Source of the DNA: Tricharina praecox
Lineage: Eukaryota
DNA: 64,000 nt
NCBI RefSeq assembly: GCF_024521635.1
Contig: NW_026250434.1
Span: 1-64,000, forward strand
Direction of reading: 5' to 3'
Shown here: positions 11,945 through 24,826 of the stretch, in pieces
Layout of the letters: every line of letters starts with the position of its first letter
Numbering within the stretch: position 1 is the first letter of the stretch
Translations under genes and position numbers: made by a program
Notes under the pieces: generated by a model
The model's database searches: none
Seen by the model: only the letters and a program-made list of their open reading frames with translations
What the model was told of the DNA's origin: nothing

Positions 11945-14008
11945 TGCTCGTAGGCTACAGAACGTGTGGATTTCTCGAAGTATGTAAGTATGTATGAGAT
12001 GCAAAGTCAAAGTAGAGAAATGTGCGAGGATGCGACATTTCCCTTGAAGATATAGCTGTGGGGCTGAACAAGTGCCGGTGCGCGCGCGGAGGGGGGAGGG
12101 GGTGAGATTCCTCGCTTGACGGAAGACAGCAAACGGTGCTTTTTTTCTGTGACGGGGCGGAGACCTGGACGCAGTTAACTAGGTAAATATGTAGCTGAAG
12201 TATGCAAGAATAACTATCGTCAAATGGAGTGCCTTCGAGCAGCCAGAGTGAGACAATGCTATATGATGTGTCACTTCGCTATCTACACCATACATAGGTA
12301 GGGTATGTTATGTAGAACATCCGCAGGGACGGGACTCGCCAACTGGTGCAGTGCACGAGTTAGTGGAAGCGAAAATGGCCTAGAATCTAGAATGCGGTTA
12401 CTCTACTTGTGTATATACGCGAATCATTGACCAAAGAGCGTCGATTCAAATGTGCCAGAGAACTTTCGGAGTGAGTAGATAACTATGAGATGAGGTATGT
12501 ACCAATACTTCGAGCAGGCTGGGAAGGAAGACGGTGAAAATGAAAGATGATGGAGAGGTTGAGGTTGTATTCAACTTCAAAGAGCCATCTAATAAGGCTC
12601 CTCTCTGCTGCCTACAACTTGCGGGGTCATTCGATTCGGCTAGCCTCTCCTTCAATCATATAAAATCCTCGATCTATGGTTCGCCATAGTCTATATAGGC
12701 TGCATGCGAAATAAAACAGGAAGATCTCTCTCTCTCTCCTCAATCTATCGTATAAGGTTTAGCAGGAGCGCAGAATCCAAACCATCACAAAGACGAATAC
12801 ATCCCGGCAGGTTTCACTGCGGAGTATGTGCGAAGCTGAAGCCTGATTGTGCTCTTCAAAGCACAATGCACCTGCTGCAGCGAAGATGTTTCACGGGATC
12901 CACTAGGAATGCCTCTCTTATTCTTCACCGTCTGCAAGAGTGAGCTTAGATGGATGGCGAGTGCTATGGCGAACACCGGTACTGCCTAGTATGTACGGCC
13001 AACCCAGCAGAAAACTATTTAGCTGAGACTTCCAATTCTTACGTCTCATCGTCCCCTAACAACCCCCATTCTCACTCTAGGTACTATTCCATGAATCGTA
13101 ACGCGCTAGAGTTCCAAAATCGCCTCAGAAATGGCCACTCCTCCGCCCACCTAGTCGCACCCCCAACACCCCGGATTAGGGCTGTGAATAGAGAGAGAGT
13201 TGTTCTTTAGGTTCTAATAAACGGTTTTAATTATATTATGGTGGTTCTGATGATGGTTTAAGGCACACTAAGCACTTTCCACCCAGAAGTGCGAATTCGC
13301 GTGATTTGCACAGCTTTCCATGACCATACTAGCCCACCACCACATCAAATCTTGCCCTCAACCTCCAGAACTCATACAATATGATGCAACCGCTCTTGAA
13401 ATTGCTGTGGCATAGCGGCGTCCCCCGGAACTTGCGCGATCGTTAGGTTTTGCCCGCAAATGTCGACATTTTCCCTCCTTTCAAGATGAGGCTGATTGTT
13501 GTCCGGCGGTCTACCTATGCCATCCTAACTACAGTAACAAAAAGATGTATGTTAGGTTATCTTTTGCAGCAATATTGAAGATTTTATGCAACTATCAGAG
13601 GTAAATATGGAAGAATGAAAATGGCGACTAGGTACTCGAGGCAGCACACCAGATGAAGAGCAGCCGATTAAACGTCGAACTACTCTTTTTCTGGTTCTTG
13701 TTAGCGAGGCGAGTGAGGCGCAAGCATAGCGGCGCAGCTCAGCGGCCGTCTCCTCCTTCTTGTGCGCCGGCCCCATGAGCGCTTCAATTTCTTGTGCGCC
13801 GGCCCCATACAGCACTTCTCCTGCTGCTTGCGCGCCGGCCCCATGCAACGCTTCTCCTCCCTCTTCACGAGACCGAGGCTATCCCTGACTGCCAGGAGGA
13901 GAGCTTCACCGGTCCTAACGGGACCGGGGGACAAAGGCTGGGGGAGGAGGACCCTCCACGATGTGCTGAGGTAAACATTCGGTGCTCGCCCCAAGCCCCC
14001 AGCTCGTT

Positions 14009-14916
14009 CAGTGCCTCCGATAGTCCAGTCCAGTCCGTCTTTCGGCAAAAGTCGGACTGGACTGAGAGGTTTAGTCTGGCTGGAGGCATGGGCTGGACTG
14101 GGCAGTCTGCGCAACTGGTAGTTAGAGCTGGACGGACTGCAGTCGACTGGATGGACTGGTACTTTGAATGGAAAATATTTCAAATCAGTAATGCAATTTT
14201 TGTACACGTCTACAGTACAGCTATGCAGATCATCCCCGTACTTTGCATTGTGCATCGTCTCCATCTCCTTGATATCTCCCTTTGCAGCAGCTACAAGACC
14301 ATCTCGTTGCTAGCTTTTGAGACATCCCAGTGCCTCCAGTGCGTCGTTATCCATGTTGCAGCGGTGATGAGGGAGAGAGATTGTGGCCCCACTAAAACCC
14401 CGTTCCGGCTCTGCGCTCGATCATGGCGGGAATGCTCCAATACTAGAGGCCAATTCTAGCGAAGTCTTTCCAGCCAGGTTCGTGTAATTTATTCGCCCAG
14501 TACTGTACCGCATTGTCGATGGTATCGCATGGAGTCCCTCCATCATACATATCTCGATGCTCAATACGTTGTACCTAGTGTACGGCGCTTGCGGTTCCAT
14601 CTGCTCTTTACCTTCGCGGTAGACGGTGCGTCTGCTCCATCTGCATCAATTTCAGATATATAGAGAGCTGGCTTGGTACGAAAAGATAACACGTGATAGG
14701 TTGAAAGAGTTCTGCCCGTTAGCCACATAGTTCGACTGTTCGACCCAAAAAAATCAGAAGGTGGCGGTCTGTCAGTCGACTGTAGTCCGAAGCGGCAAAT
14801 TTTTTGGACGGACCGAATTCAAATCGTCCTCTAATTGTATGGACTATAGTAGACTGATGCAGTTCGTCCAGCCCGGACTGCCGTCCAGACTCCGAACTGG
14901 ACTATCGGGAGCACTG
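14009..14916. mobile_element. Internally deleted hAT transposon derivative (Ds-like), 908 bp
   Basis: 21-bp TIRs CAGTGCCTCCGATAGTCCAGT / ACTGGACTATCGGGAGCACTG; same subterminal GACTGCAGTCGACTG motif as the 9552 element; decayed transposase fragment inside; no matching TSD. Confidence 0.85.
14290..14524 (-). pseudogene. Degenerate hAT transposase C-terminal dimerisation domain fragment
   Basis: Manual translation: TIDNAVQYWANKLHEPGWKDFARIGL*YWSIPAM[4-nt insertion]SAEPERGFSGATISLPHHRCNMDNDALEALGCLKS*QRDGL. This matches the hAT pattern SIPAMSAExERxFS...R...EALxCLKSW. Confidence 0.85.
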
Positions 14917-14956
14917 CCGGGGAGTTACGACTCTTACGTCTCTTCACCCCCCCAAC

Positions 14957-15516
14957 CAGTGTTTCCCATAGGTACTTAGGTAGTCGGTGCCTTTTAGAGG
15001 ACGAGATAAAAGTAGTCCGTCCCGTCCGTCCCGTCTGCCAATTTGCTGGACGGTGTTGACGGTTGGACTGCAGTCCACTCTTATCAGCACCCACCCCACC
15101 ATATACTAGTACACTATACACATTGAACTTCATCCACCCCCAGCAACGCCGCAAGCCCAGCAACGCCGCAAGCCCATCTTCGTCCAGTACCATCTTCGTC
15201 CAGGACCATCTTCGTCCAGTACCGTACTATACCAACAAAGCTGCGCCACACAGTGGCACAATCTTCGTTCAAACCCAGCAACGCCACGGCGTCATCTTCA
15301 TCCAGTGCGCCTACCCTACTTTACTCATACGTCCTTCAATCGCTACATACAACCACCGATAATACGACGATAATACGCTGCCGAGCTTTCTCTCGTGTGG
15401 TTCATATCGCCTTGTATAATAGATATACCCAGTCGACTGCAGTCCGTTCCAACCGACCGACCGGCCTTACTGGTGGTAGGTAGTTCAGCCCGTCCAACAC
15501 ACACCTCCGGACTATA
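14957..15516 (-). mobile_element. Second, inverted and diverged copy of the 9552-10086 MITE; one TIR intact
   Basis: Starts CAGTGTTTCCCATA. Its reverse complement aligns collinearly with 9563-10010 (shared blocks include CGTATTATCGGTGGTTGTATGTAG, CCGTCCAGCAAATTGGC and CACCAGTAAGG). It has internal tandem expansions, and the distal TIR is not recognisable. Confidence 0.8.
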
Positions 15517-15670
15517 TATGCCGAAAAACCCTCCCAAACCCCCCCCATTCTCTTACCACATCCCATCCCACCGATCGTATTGTCACAGGTATCCATCTTT
15601 GCGCCAACTCCTCGTCGCCCCCCCCGCAAAAAAAATCCCCAAAGCTTACGCAAGAGACGCAAAAGAATAC

Positions 15671-15751
15671 CGACGTCGACAGGATTCGAACCTGCGCGGG
15701 CGAACCCAAGAGATTTCTAATCTCTCTCCTTAACCACTCGGACACAACGCC
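15671..15751 (-). tRNA. tRNA-Ser (anticodon AGA), no intron
   Basis: Minus-strand GGCGTTGTGTCCGAGTGGTTAAGGAGAGAGATTAGAAATCTCTTGGGTTCGCCCGCGCAGGTTCGAATCCTGTCGACGTCG folds as a cloverleaf with a long variable arm, A/B boxes and a downstream T4 run. Confidence 0.96.
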
Positions 15752-16651
15752 TTGATATGGCTGCTGCTTTTGTTAGAAATATAGCCTACTAAAAACGAAA
15801 AGAAAAAAGGTAGGCTGGTGGAGGGTTGGTAATTTGGTGGGTTGGTGGGTTGGTGGGTGGGATGACGGGTTGATCATGAGTGTGGCTATAGTAGCGCGGG
15901 AAGGTGAGGAAGCGATATGCAGCCAGAATTTGGAAATGTGCACCCACGTCCGAATCGGCATAGGCCGTGGATTGCAGCCTGGAGTCGGAACATCTAGGTA
16001 TGTGGGGGGACCACTGATTCTAGGCATCTTCTGTCAAATATACACCTTACGGCTCTCGGGTGCTCTGAAGAGTCTGGCTCGGCCTACGAGAAATATCACC
16101 CACCTCTCCTCTCCTCTCCGGTCCTACCCCGTGTAGAATACCGTGATATTTCAGACAGATATAAAGCCGCATTCGTGCAGAGCGACGCTACGCTTGGGGA
16201 GATAGACACCATCCCACCAAGGACTAAAGTAGATGCGTAGCAGCACCAGCCGTATCCCCAGCCACTGTGGCCACGCCAAGCTACACAAATCCTACGCTAC
16301 AGCCACAGCACATAGTTCACAAGCGCCAGGAACATCATTATTCATGGATCCACATCGGGTGAACCCGGTCATGACGTTTCACTCGCTCAACCACCACCCA
16401 ACACTCGTCATTGTAAAAAAACGGAGATTCATCATTATTCCGTTTCGTATCGCAGCAAGTCACCACAATCAATGGCCCGCCAAGACAAAAGACAAAAGAC
16501 GCCACTGTACACCACCGTAAACGACACCCCCACTCTCCATCCCCGCCTTTTCAACCTCATTAAAGCAAAGAAAAAGAAGCAAACGAGAACAAAGGTATCA
16601 ACACGTTTCAATTACAGGAACGAAATGAAAGTAAAGTGTACAGATCCGAGC

Positions 16652-17884
16652 CTAAGCCATCATACCGATCGCGAACGCACCGGCGATGAGGACCACGAGC
16701 ATAGAGCTCATACCCATCTTGCCGGCGCTTCCGGTAGCAGTCGCCAGGGCTCCCGAGGTGGTGGCTGAGCCGGTAGGGGTGGCGCCAGGGAAGGCGGGCT
16801 CATCGGTAGCGGTGCCGTTACCGGGCTTGTCATCGGTGTTGTTGGGGTTCAGGACGCTGGCTTCACGTTAGCATCGAGTAGGGGAGGGAAGAGTGTGGGG
16901 GGGGATATACTTGTCGATAACGTGAACAACGCCATTGTTGGTAATCACATCAGCCATGAGTACCTTGGCACCGTTGACGTAGACATCAGCACCTTCGATA
17001 GTGATGGTGAGCTTGTTGCCGTTGACGGTCTCAACCTCCATTCCGTCCTCAAGGTCGGTCGAGAAGGCACGAGACGGGACGACGTGGTAAGTGAGGATCT
17101 CCCCAAGCTGCTCCTTGGTCAGGTTGGCGGTGGCACTACCAATCGCATCGAATGCGGCGTCTGTGGGTGCGAAGACGGTGATGCTATTGAGATGGTTGAC
17201 GGTGCTCACGAGGTCGGCCACCACGAGAGCATTAGTGAGAGCTGTCAGATTCGCAGCCTCGGCGGTCAGGGACACGCTCATCGGCGGGGCGAGGAGAGAG
17301 TCGATGATGTGTACGATGCCGTTGGTGAAGCGAACGTCCTTCAGCAACATCATCAGTAGCCATCCATACCAAACCGCAGCAGCAAGAACAGGCAAACGTT
17401 AGCAACTAACCGTATCCGAAATCGAAACCCTCATTCCAATACCACCATACACGTACGGCTTGTCAGCCTCGATGACCGCCTTGACGACCTGACTATCACC
17501 CTGCGTCAAGTTCTTGAAGTCAGGGTACTCTCCGAAGGCACCCAAGTAAGTTGGAGCAAACGCCGGGGTTTTCGAGAGCACAGTCGACGGGAACGATCCG
17601 TTGAGGACGTGGTAGGAAAGCAACGCAGCCACCGACTCGCGCGTGATGTTGCGAGCCTCGTACATCTTGGTGAACGTTTCGAATGCCCTGTTGTCGGGAG
17701 CAAAGACGGTGATGTTCTCAGCCGCTCCGAGAGCACTCACAATCTCGGGGAAGGTCGACACAAGCGACAAGAGACCACTCAGCTCCGAAGTGTCGCCCAG
17801 GAGAGTGACAAGGTCGGGGACTGCCTGGCCGAACGCCGTGGCGGCGAACGAAAGGGACAGGAGCGAGAAGAACTTGAACTGCAT
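16652..17884 (-). CDS. Secreted fasciclin (two FAS1 domains), probably GPI-anchored; 3 exons
   Basis: Signal peptide MQFKFFSLLSLSFAATAFG; FAS1 motifs ITVFAPDNRAF/LLSYHVL/NGIVHIID and ITVFAPTDAAF/ILTYHVV/NGVVHVID; Ser/Thr-rich stalk and hydrophobic C-terminus (SMLVVLIAGAFAIGMMA*). Confidence 0.93.
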
Positions 17885-18849
17885 CTTGAACGTGTATGAC
17901 TAAAAGTTCTGCTGTGCTTGTGCTTCTCAGGTGAGTGCAGGGAGGGAGTGTGTTGTTGAGCTAAGACGGATGCCGAGGAAGAAGTAAGGACGATGGGGGT
18001 ATCGTCAAGAAGGAAGGGAGCAGGTGGTAGTGGTAGTGAAAGGGAAGGAAGGGGAGGGAGGGAGACACAGAAGAGCAGTTTAAATAACGACACCACAAGA
18101 CCAGACCAGCCAGAGGCTACACCATCCTTCTAGGGTCGTCCCACCACCTCCAATGCCATCCAATTCAATGCCATCCGTCTCTGACCCGCAGAGAGCAGCA
18201 AAAGTCATGACGTCGACCATGTCGTATCCCACTCTTGGCTGTGTGTATCGAATCGAGTGAGGGGAATCACTCCTTTGTCTTATGTGCAGGGCAGGGCAGC
18301 GAAGGGCAGCGATTGATTGCACCCACGAAGCCACCTGCAGATCAGCACCCCCCGTTCCGCTGTTCTGCCTGTTCTTCCTGTTCTGCCTAGCAATAAGTTC
18401 CCGGAAACGCCATTTCCCCACACGAACCATTTTTGGCGGGGATCGAGATCCACCGACCATCGACCCTTCTCGATTCCCGCACCCACATGTAACCCCAACA
18501 AAAGGCTGGGCAAGAAATCCCGATTGACACACCATGCGTTGTGTAGCCAGGGTGGGCCAGGGTGTGGACTGCAAGGTACCGGGAGGGACAGCATATCTAC
18601 ACACAACGCCGCGACATCGCAACGGCCATGGGCAAAAGAAACAATCGTGATACCTAGGCGCTATGTGAAACTCTGCCAATCGAACCAATCGCACGCTCTG
18701 CACCTGCACCTGCACCCCGCAAACAAAACAAAACAAAACAAAATCACAACCGAAAAAAAAAGAAAAAGAAAATAAGAAAATAAGAAAATATCAAATCGTG
18801 AAAAAAAAGCATCCGCCCGTCGTCGTCAATTCGTGTGCATCACATCACA

Positions 18850-21532
18850 TCACTTCCCGCCCTTCATAATATTAATCAGCCTCTCAATCTCGACCATATC
18901 CCTTCCGACCGCCTTGGCCCTCAATCCCTCGAGCGCCGCCACATCCTTCGCCCTATTCGCCTCCTCTGCCGCACGCATGATAAGGCCGCAGCGCAAGTAC
19001 ATATCCAGCCGTTCCTGCCAGGTCAGCGCGGTGCACTTCGCGACAAAGACCGCGGCCACACGGGTATTCCCGGCGGACAGACACTCGTTGAAGAACGGCT
19101 CCCAGCCGATCGGGCTCTTTTTCGTTTTCCCCCACTCCTCGATCTCGTTCCACTCTCTCCTCGCGACGAGCGCGCGCAGCCGCAGCCACCAGTACCGCTT
19201 CTCGGGCACCTTGAAGTCGTTCTTTAGCTTGGCCGCTTTGGACGAGTAGCCGGTGCGGATCAGCCGGAACATTGTCTCGTTGAGCGAGCAGCCCATGAAC
19301 CGCTCTTGCGTGTCGCGCTCGAAGGCTTCTTGCAACTGCAGGAGCCGGGCAGATTCTTCGAGCGCTTTAGATTCGAGCGCGTGGTCTTTGCTATCCAACA
19401 GAAGCTTCTGTGCCACCTTGAGCTTCTCTTGTTTCAGCTGGAGATCTTTCGCCTCGAGACTTTCGCGGAGGATGACGTGTGCTCCGTCGGCGCGACGGTC
19501 GTCTTGATAGTAAAAGTCCTTCAACATCTCGAGATCCGTCTCTCTCGCCGAAGACTCCACGAGCGCAGCCGCAAACGGTCGGTCGTTGATGATCCGGAAG
19601 AAGTTTGCCAGCGGGTGCTTCTTCTTGAGGTGCAGAAGGACGAAGAAGACGAGGTCGGTGTCGCCCGATTCGATCGCTTTGTCGAGCGCGATCTCGTCTT
19701 CTTCCATGCTCAACAGCAACGGGACTTGGCGGCCGGCTTGTGGCTCGTAGTTGAGGAGCTGCGTGGCGAGCCGGCCGCGGCCTTCGTCGTACGCTGTTCG
19801 TGCGATCTCTTCGAAAGAGATGCCGCGCTTACCGGTCAGTTTGGAGACGACCATGCGGCAGATGCTGTCTTCGTCGTCGGATGACATCCGGACCTGTAAG
19901 CGGTGAGCATTTCGTAGCAACCCCCTATCCACACCGTAGAGGACGAACCTTCGTGCATGCCCAATGGATGTAGATTCGATCCGTTGGAAGCCTGAGATGC
20001 TCTGATATCCGCAAAGCCAACAGGTGCTGCTGCCGATTCACCAGCCGCAATATCAGCTTTTCGGGCGTGAGTCGAAGAAACCTGCCAGTCTCAGCCATCT
20101 GCAACCCGCATTGTAGAGTTTTCTCATACGCACTGTTCGTAGGTGATCGGTATGCCGACTTCAAAGAACCTGACCGCGTTCAAGACCCGGAGTGTCTCGC
20201 ACATGTCGACAAAATCATCACTAGAATACAGCGCAGGCACGCTTTTGCCAAACGACGCTGCCTTCAACAGCTGTTTCTGCCAGTACGCCGAGAACTCGTT
20301 GCCAGCGGCCTTGATACAAGCGTCGACTGCCTCCTCGATGTTTTGCCGGATCAGCATGATATTGTCGTCCGCTTTGGGCGACTTCTTTTCCAGCTGGTCG
20401 ACCGCATCCAGCAGTATCGATGCCGGCGAAGTGGCGCCGATCTTGAATATCTCCTCGGTAACATCCGGCACCTTCTGTAGGAACTCGCACTTCTCGGCAG
20501 TAAGAAGCCTCACCCCGTCTATATCCGGAATGAGATGGACCTTGCCATCGTAGTAGTACTTCAGCGCCTCGCCCTTCGGCCCGACCATGTGCACCTCGTC
20601 ATCCCACGCAATAACCACACTATCGTTGCCGCACCACTCCACACTCCTCGGCAGCATCACACTTCCCATGCCACTATCATACTCCGAGAGCTTCTCCTGA
20701 AAATCCGCACGGATGACCCACAGGCGTCCCTCGGTGGTATACAGGGCGACATACTTCCCATTCGGGCTGACCGAGATATGCATGAACGGGCCGTTCTGGA
20801 GGTCCTGATCCTGTGCATCGGTAGGGTCCACCACCAGGATCGTCTGGCCGGTCGACAGCAGCACCTCGACGTGCCGCGACAGCGTGTACGCCGGCGGAAT
20901 CAGCGCCCACGAGTGGATCATGTCGTCCGAAATGAACCCCGACGAGTCCGCGAGCATCCGTGGTCGCGGCTCGTCGTACCGCGATACGGCCACAAGCCGG
21001 TTCGTTCGCAGCAGCGCGACAAATCCTGTAGCCCAGAACCGCACCTCTTTCACGCGCACCAGCTCCGCGCCCTACCCAATCAGCCCCGCGCACCCCGCAC
21101 CCCACTCCCCCTCCCCTCCCGGATCAATCAATTACTCACATGCCCCAGCGAAAACTGGGTAAACTCCCCTTGGAGATCGGCATAGCACCTCACGTTGCCA
21201 TCCTCTGCGACAACGAGCAATTTCTCATCCTCACTCCAGCCCAGGCCCCTAATAGGGCCCCTATCATACGCGATCTTCCTGAGCAGTTTTCCGGCGCACG
21301 AGTACACGTCAATGCTCGGCTTTGCTGCCGCCGCGGCCGCAGCACTCCCGCCGCGAAACTCAGATAGCGCCTCCGGGTTCTTCCACAAAGCGATCGCACC
21401 GCTGAAGGGCGCGCCGGCGACGAGGTAGTGCGAAAGGTCCAATGATGGGAACAAAGAGGAGTATAATAGGATCTTCCGGTAGTACTTGTCCTCGAGCACT
21501 TCCCAGTCCGAGGTCGCGGAGGGGTGGGTCAT
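18850..21532 (-). CDS. VPS16: HOPS/CORVET subunit Vps16; 4 exons
   Basis: N-terminus DWEVLEDKYYRK...GAPFSGAIAL; QKQLLKAASFGKS; LRVLNAVR; ALDKAIESGDTDLV; FKVPEKRYWWLRLRALV; KSPIGWEPF. Introns checked in phase. Confidence 0.96.
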
Positions 21533-22246
21533 TGCGCGTGGAGTCGTGCGTGGAATCGTGAAGTCGTGGAGCCGAGTAGTGGAGCAGAGGAGAGGTGGAG
21601 GTAGAGCTCGCGACGGGTGTTGGCGAACGACGCACGACGCGCGACGCACGCCGCGAGGAACGCTGGGTACTCTGCTTCTGCAGGGTTCAGGGATTGGGTT
21701 ACGTACGTCATGGCCTGGCATGGGGGAGTGCTGACGATCCTACATAGGGTGTCGAACGCCCATTCCCCCACCACAACCTACGGTCTCCCATAACTACCCC
21801 TATTCACACGGACGTGGTCATAGATGGCAGTAAATCCCCTCAATTGAACTCCCAAATCCTCCCTAAACTTACTAACATGCCCTTTACACACAGGTAGCAT
21901 CATAATAACCAAACATTAGCTACCACTACCTTCCCCTATCATACACGGACAGACAGACAGACAGACAGACAGTTAAGGCAGCAGCGTCACGACAGACAGC
22001 ACTCTAGACAGAGAGGGGATAAGAAGAATAGCGGTAACGACAATTACAAGCACACGCGCGCAAAGACAAAGGATTTATAAAGCAACGCAGTCCACCCATG
22101 CGATTAGACCCCGATCCCAACAGCCATCAGGCATCCGCCAATCCCCACCCAATCCTGATCAACCTCCTCCTCCTCCCCCCAATACCCGCCCATCCAGCGC
22201 CCCACACATCCCTCTCGCGCACGTCCATCCGCGGCACCGGAGATTT

Positions 22247-24826
22247 CTACTCGCCAGTGGGCATTCCCTCGACCTCGACCGACAGCGTTCTCCAGCCCTC
22301 GGCCTGGAGCTCGGCATACTTTACGCGTTCGACCGCCCACTCCTGGTGTAGCCTGCCGACATGGTACTGACTGCCCTGGAAGAATATGAGTTCGTGGAGG
22401 ACGCACTCGCGTATCAAGATCCCGCGGACACGCTGCCGCTCGATATCCTCTCCATCCTTTCGGATTGCGTCCTGCACCTTTTCGATTTCGCCGGGCTTGA
22501 CGGCCTCGGTAGGTTTGGCGCGCAGCTGTTCGAGCTTTTTCCGGTTGGTGTCGATGCGCTTCGTGAGGAATGGGATGTTGTTCCCTGCAAGGCGGTCATA
22601 GCGGTCGAAGAGCTCGCGCATCGAGACGAGCGTGTCGCGCTGCCGCTTAAAGTCCTCGAGTACGCCGGCGTCCCACGCTTTTGCCTCGTCTTCGAGGAGC
22701 GCGCGCGATTGGTTCAGGCTTTTGGCGACGGCTGTGAGACCATCGTTCAGGAGAGGGATGTCGCTCGTGTCCACCGCGTAGGTGGCTTCGCTTGCGTCTG
22801 TGAGTGAGCCAAGACATGTTGCGAAGCGGCCGTAATCTGCTGCAATCCCTTCATGTCTTCGTTCCAGACGCTCTACCAGGTTGCAGAGTTGGATGTACAT
22901 CTCGGCGCTGCGGCGGAGGCCGGAACGGACGGTCTCGAAGGTATCGGTGAGGTCGGGAGGAAGAGAGGCTTCGAGGTCGGGTGGCAATGAGCGGTTGGTG
23001 AATTCTTCGACGATACTAAAGGTAGCTTGTTTCCGCCATACGGAGAGCTCGGTCGGTACGGTGAGGAACATGATGACCAGCTGCTCTTGCGAGAGTGTGG
23101 GGTGGCGTACGAGCGCGTTCACGAAGCGGTGTAGGCCGCGGCGCCGACGTTCCAGGAATTCGGCATCGGCTGATAGGTAGTGGCCGTTAACTATTGTCAG
23201 ATATGAGAATAAGTTGCCGTTTTTGCGTGGCGGCGGCGGCGGGGAGGGACTCACCTGCAAGTCGTTTTGGCGGCAGGAGCGGAAGCTGTCGGAAAGGGTA
23301 TCTTTTGTGTAGACAATCAAGCAGCCTATCGTCCATCAGTACGAGAAGAAGAAAAAAGACACTCCCGGAGAACCCACCAGACAAAGTCGCTGTATCTCCG
23401 CACCACGCGACTGCCTCTCCGTTGGCTAGTAATCTGATAGTTCCTATGCTGAAACATAAACATGCCCTCTTTCTCGGGTAGGATATTGACATTAACACGT
23501 TCCTCGGGCAGTTTCATAGCCGCTCTAACCCTCTCCATCGAGAGCACGCCGTTTCCATTTGCGTTTCCGTTTCCATTTCCGAGCCGTTCGTCGCTGCCAT
23601 TGACCCGGTTTCCGCCCAGCCCACCAAAACTCCCATGCCTCGCGCCAATCCCGGGATGATCGCTAAAGCCCATGATACTCTGATTGTAGGTACTTCCACC
23701 GTACGTATCAGGCTGGACATAGGTATCATTCCCCCAGGTAGACGACGTGGTGACCCTGCTTGGGCCGGTATTACGCAGCGCAGCATGGATATCATCAGGC
23801 TCATCCTCCTCATCGTCTTCCCCCTGCTGTCTGTCATTCCTCCCATCTGTCTGCGCGCCAAACTCCGGCACCGGCGGTTGCACCACCGGCTGCGGGGGCG
23901 GCACTAAAATCGCCGGAGCTTGTTGCGTCGGCGGCGGGCCCCACGGATGATCCTCGACACTAGTGGCAAACAGCGCCGCCGGATTGCCGGCGCGCACGGG
24001 TTTCGTACTTATTGGTGTGCTCTGTTGGCGCGCGACAATGGTATTCGGCTTATCCGATAGCGGACTCGTGGGGATGTCCGCACCGGAGCCGGAGTGTGTG
24101 TGCTGGTGGTGCGAATTGCGATTGCTATTCGAATTGCTGTGGTTGTTGTAGAAACCCTCGGCGCCTGTGTCTTCGCCGAGGACCTCGGGCGGTGGGGTCT
24201 TCGGCCGCGCCGGTTCTGGCCGCTTCTTGGGCTCCTGCGGAGTGAGTGTCTTCAGGTGTGGTATCGGCAGTTCTACTCCCTCCCATCAGCTCTTCCGCGC
24301 GCACACCGGGGGAGGGGAGGGCGGGGGACTACTCACTCTCCCGCCTCACATCGACGGCGTCAACGCCAATATCCCTATCCCCCTCCTGCCACAGGCCCAC
24401 CATAGCGAGTAAGCACCAAACCTCACCTCTCCCGACCAGATCCTTCCTTCCCACGACGACTTCCCAGATTCTATTCCGGTCATCGCCATACACGCCAGCT
24501 TCATCGAGCACCTTATCGGCTGCGCCATGTGCCTCGACCATTCCGTCGGCGCCGTCACCAAACTCTCCGACCAGCTTCCTGTACACGTCGTAGTAGACAA
24601 CGGGGATATCCGCGTTATCGGCGGTGAGCAGGCTGCGCACCACGTCGCCGAGGTTCTGGGAGCGGTTGCGGTGCACGCGCGGCGAGGTCGCAGCGCCGCC
24701 GACGGAGGAGCCCCAGCCGCCCGTGCTGTCGACCGCGTCGTCGTCGAAGAGCGAAGGCGACCCCGAGAAATCGGGCGAGGCGAAGAGCGAGCGCGTGCCG
24801 GGGGGCGATTCGCCAAAGAGCGACAT
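22247..24826 (-). CDS. MVP1: Sorting nexin Mvp1 (PX-BAR)
   Basis: MSLFGESP start; PX motifs PEKEGMFMFQHRNY, VVRRYSDFVW, KRYPFRQLPLLPPKR and FLERRRRGL; BAR-like C-terminus. Confidence 0.95.

Noticed and set aside
14290..14450. In-frame TAGs as A-to-I editing-restored Trp codons
   Set aside because: They occur together with a frameshift in a truncated transposase relic, so decay is the simpler explanation.
13756..15310. CRISPR-like repeat-spacer appearance of the short repeats
   Set aside because: Only 2-3 units, spacers related to each other, a eukaryotic context and no cas genes. These are tandem duplications.
9552..15516. A single large Pack-MULE or composite transposon with about 500-bp TIRs that captured the membrane-protein gene
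   Set aside because: The left copy has its own TIR pair and its own TSD, so it inserted independently, and no TSD flanks the outer ends of the whole block.
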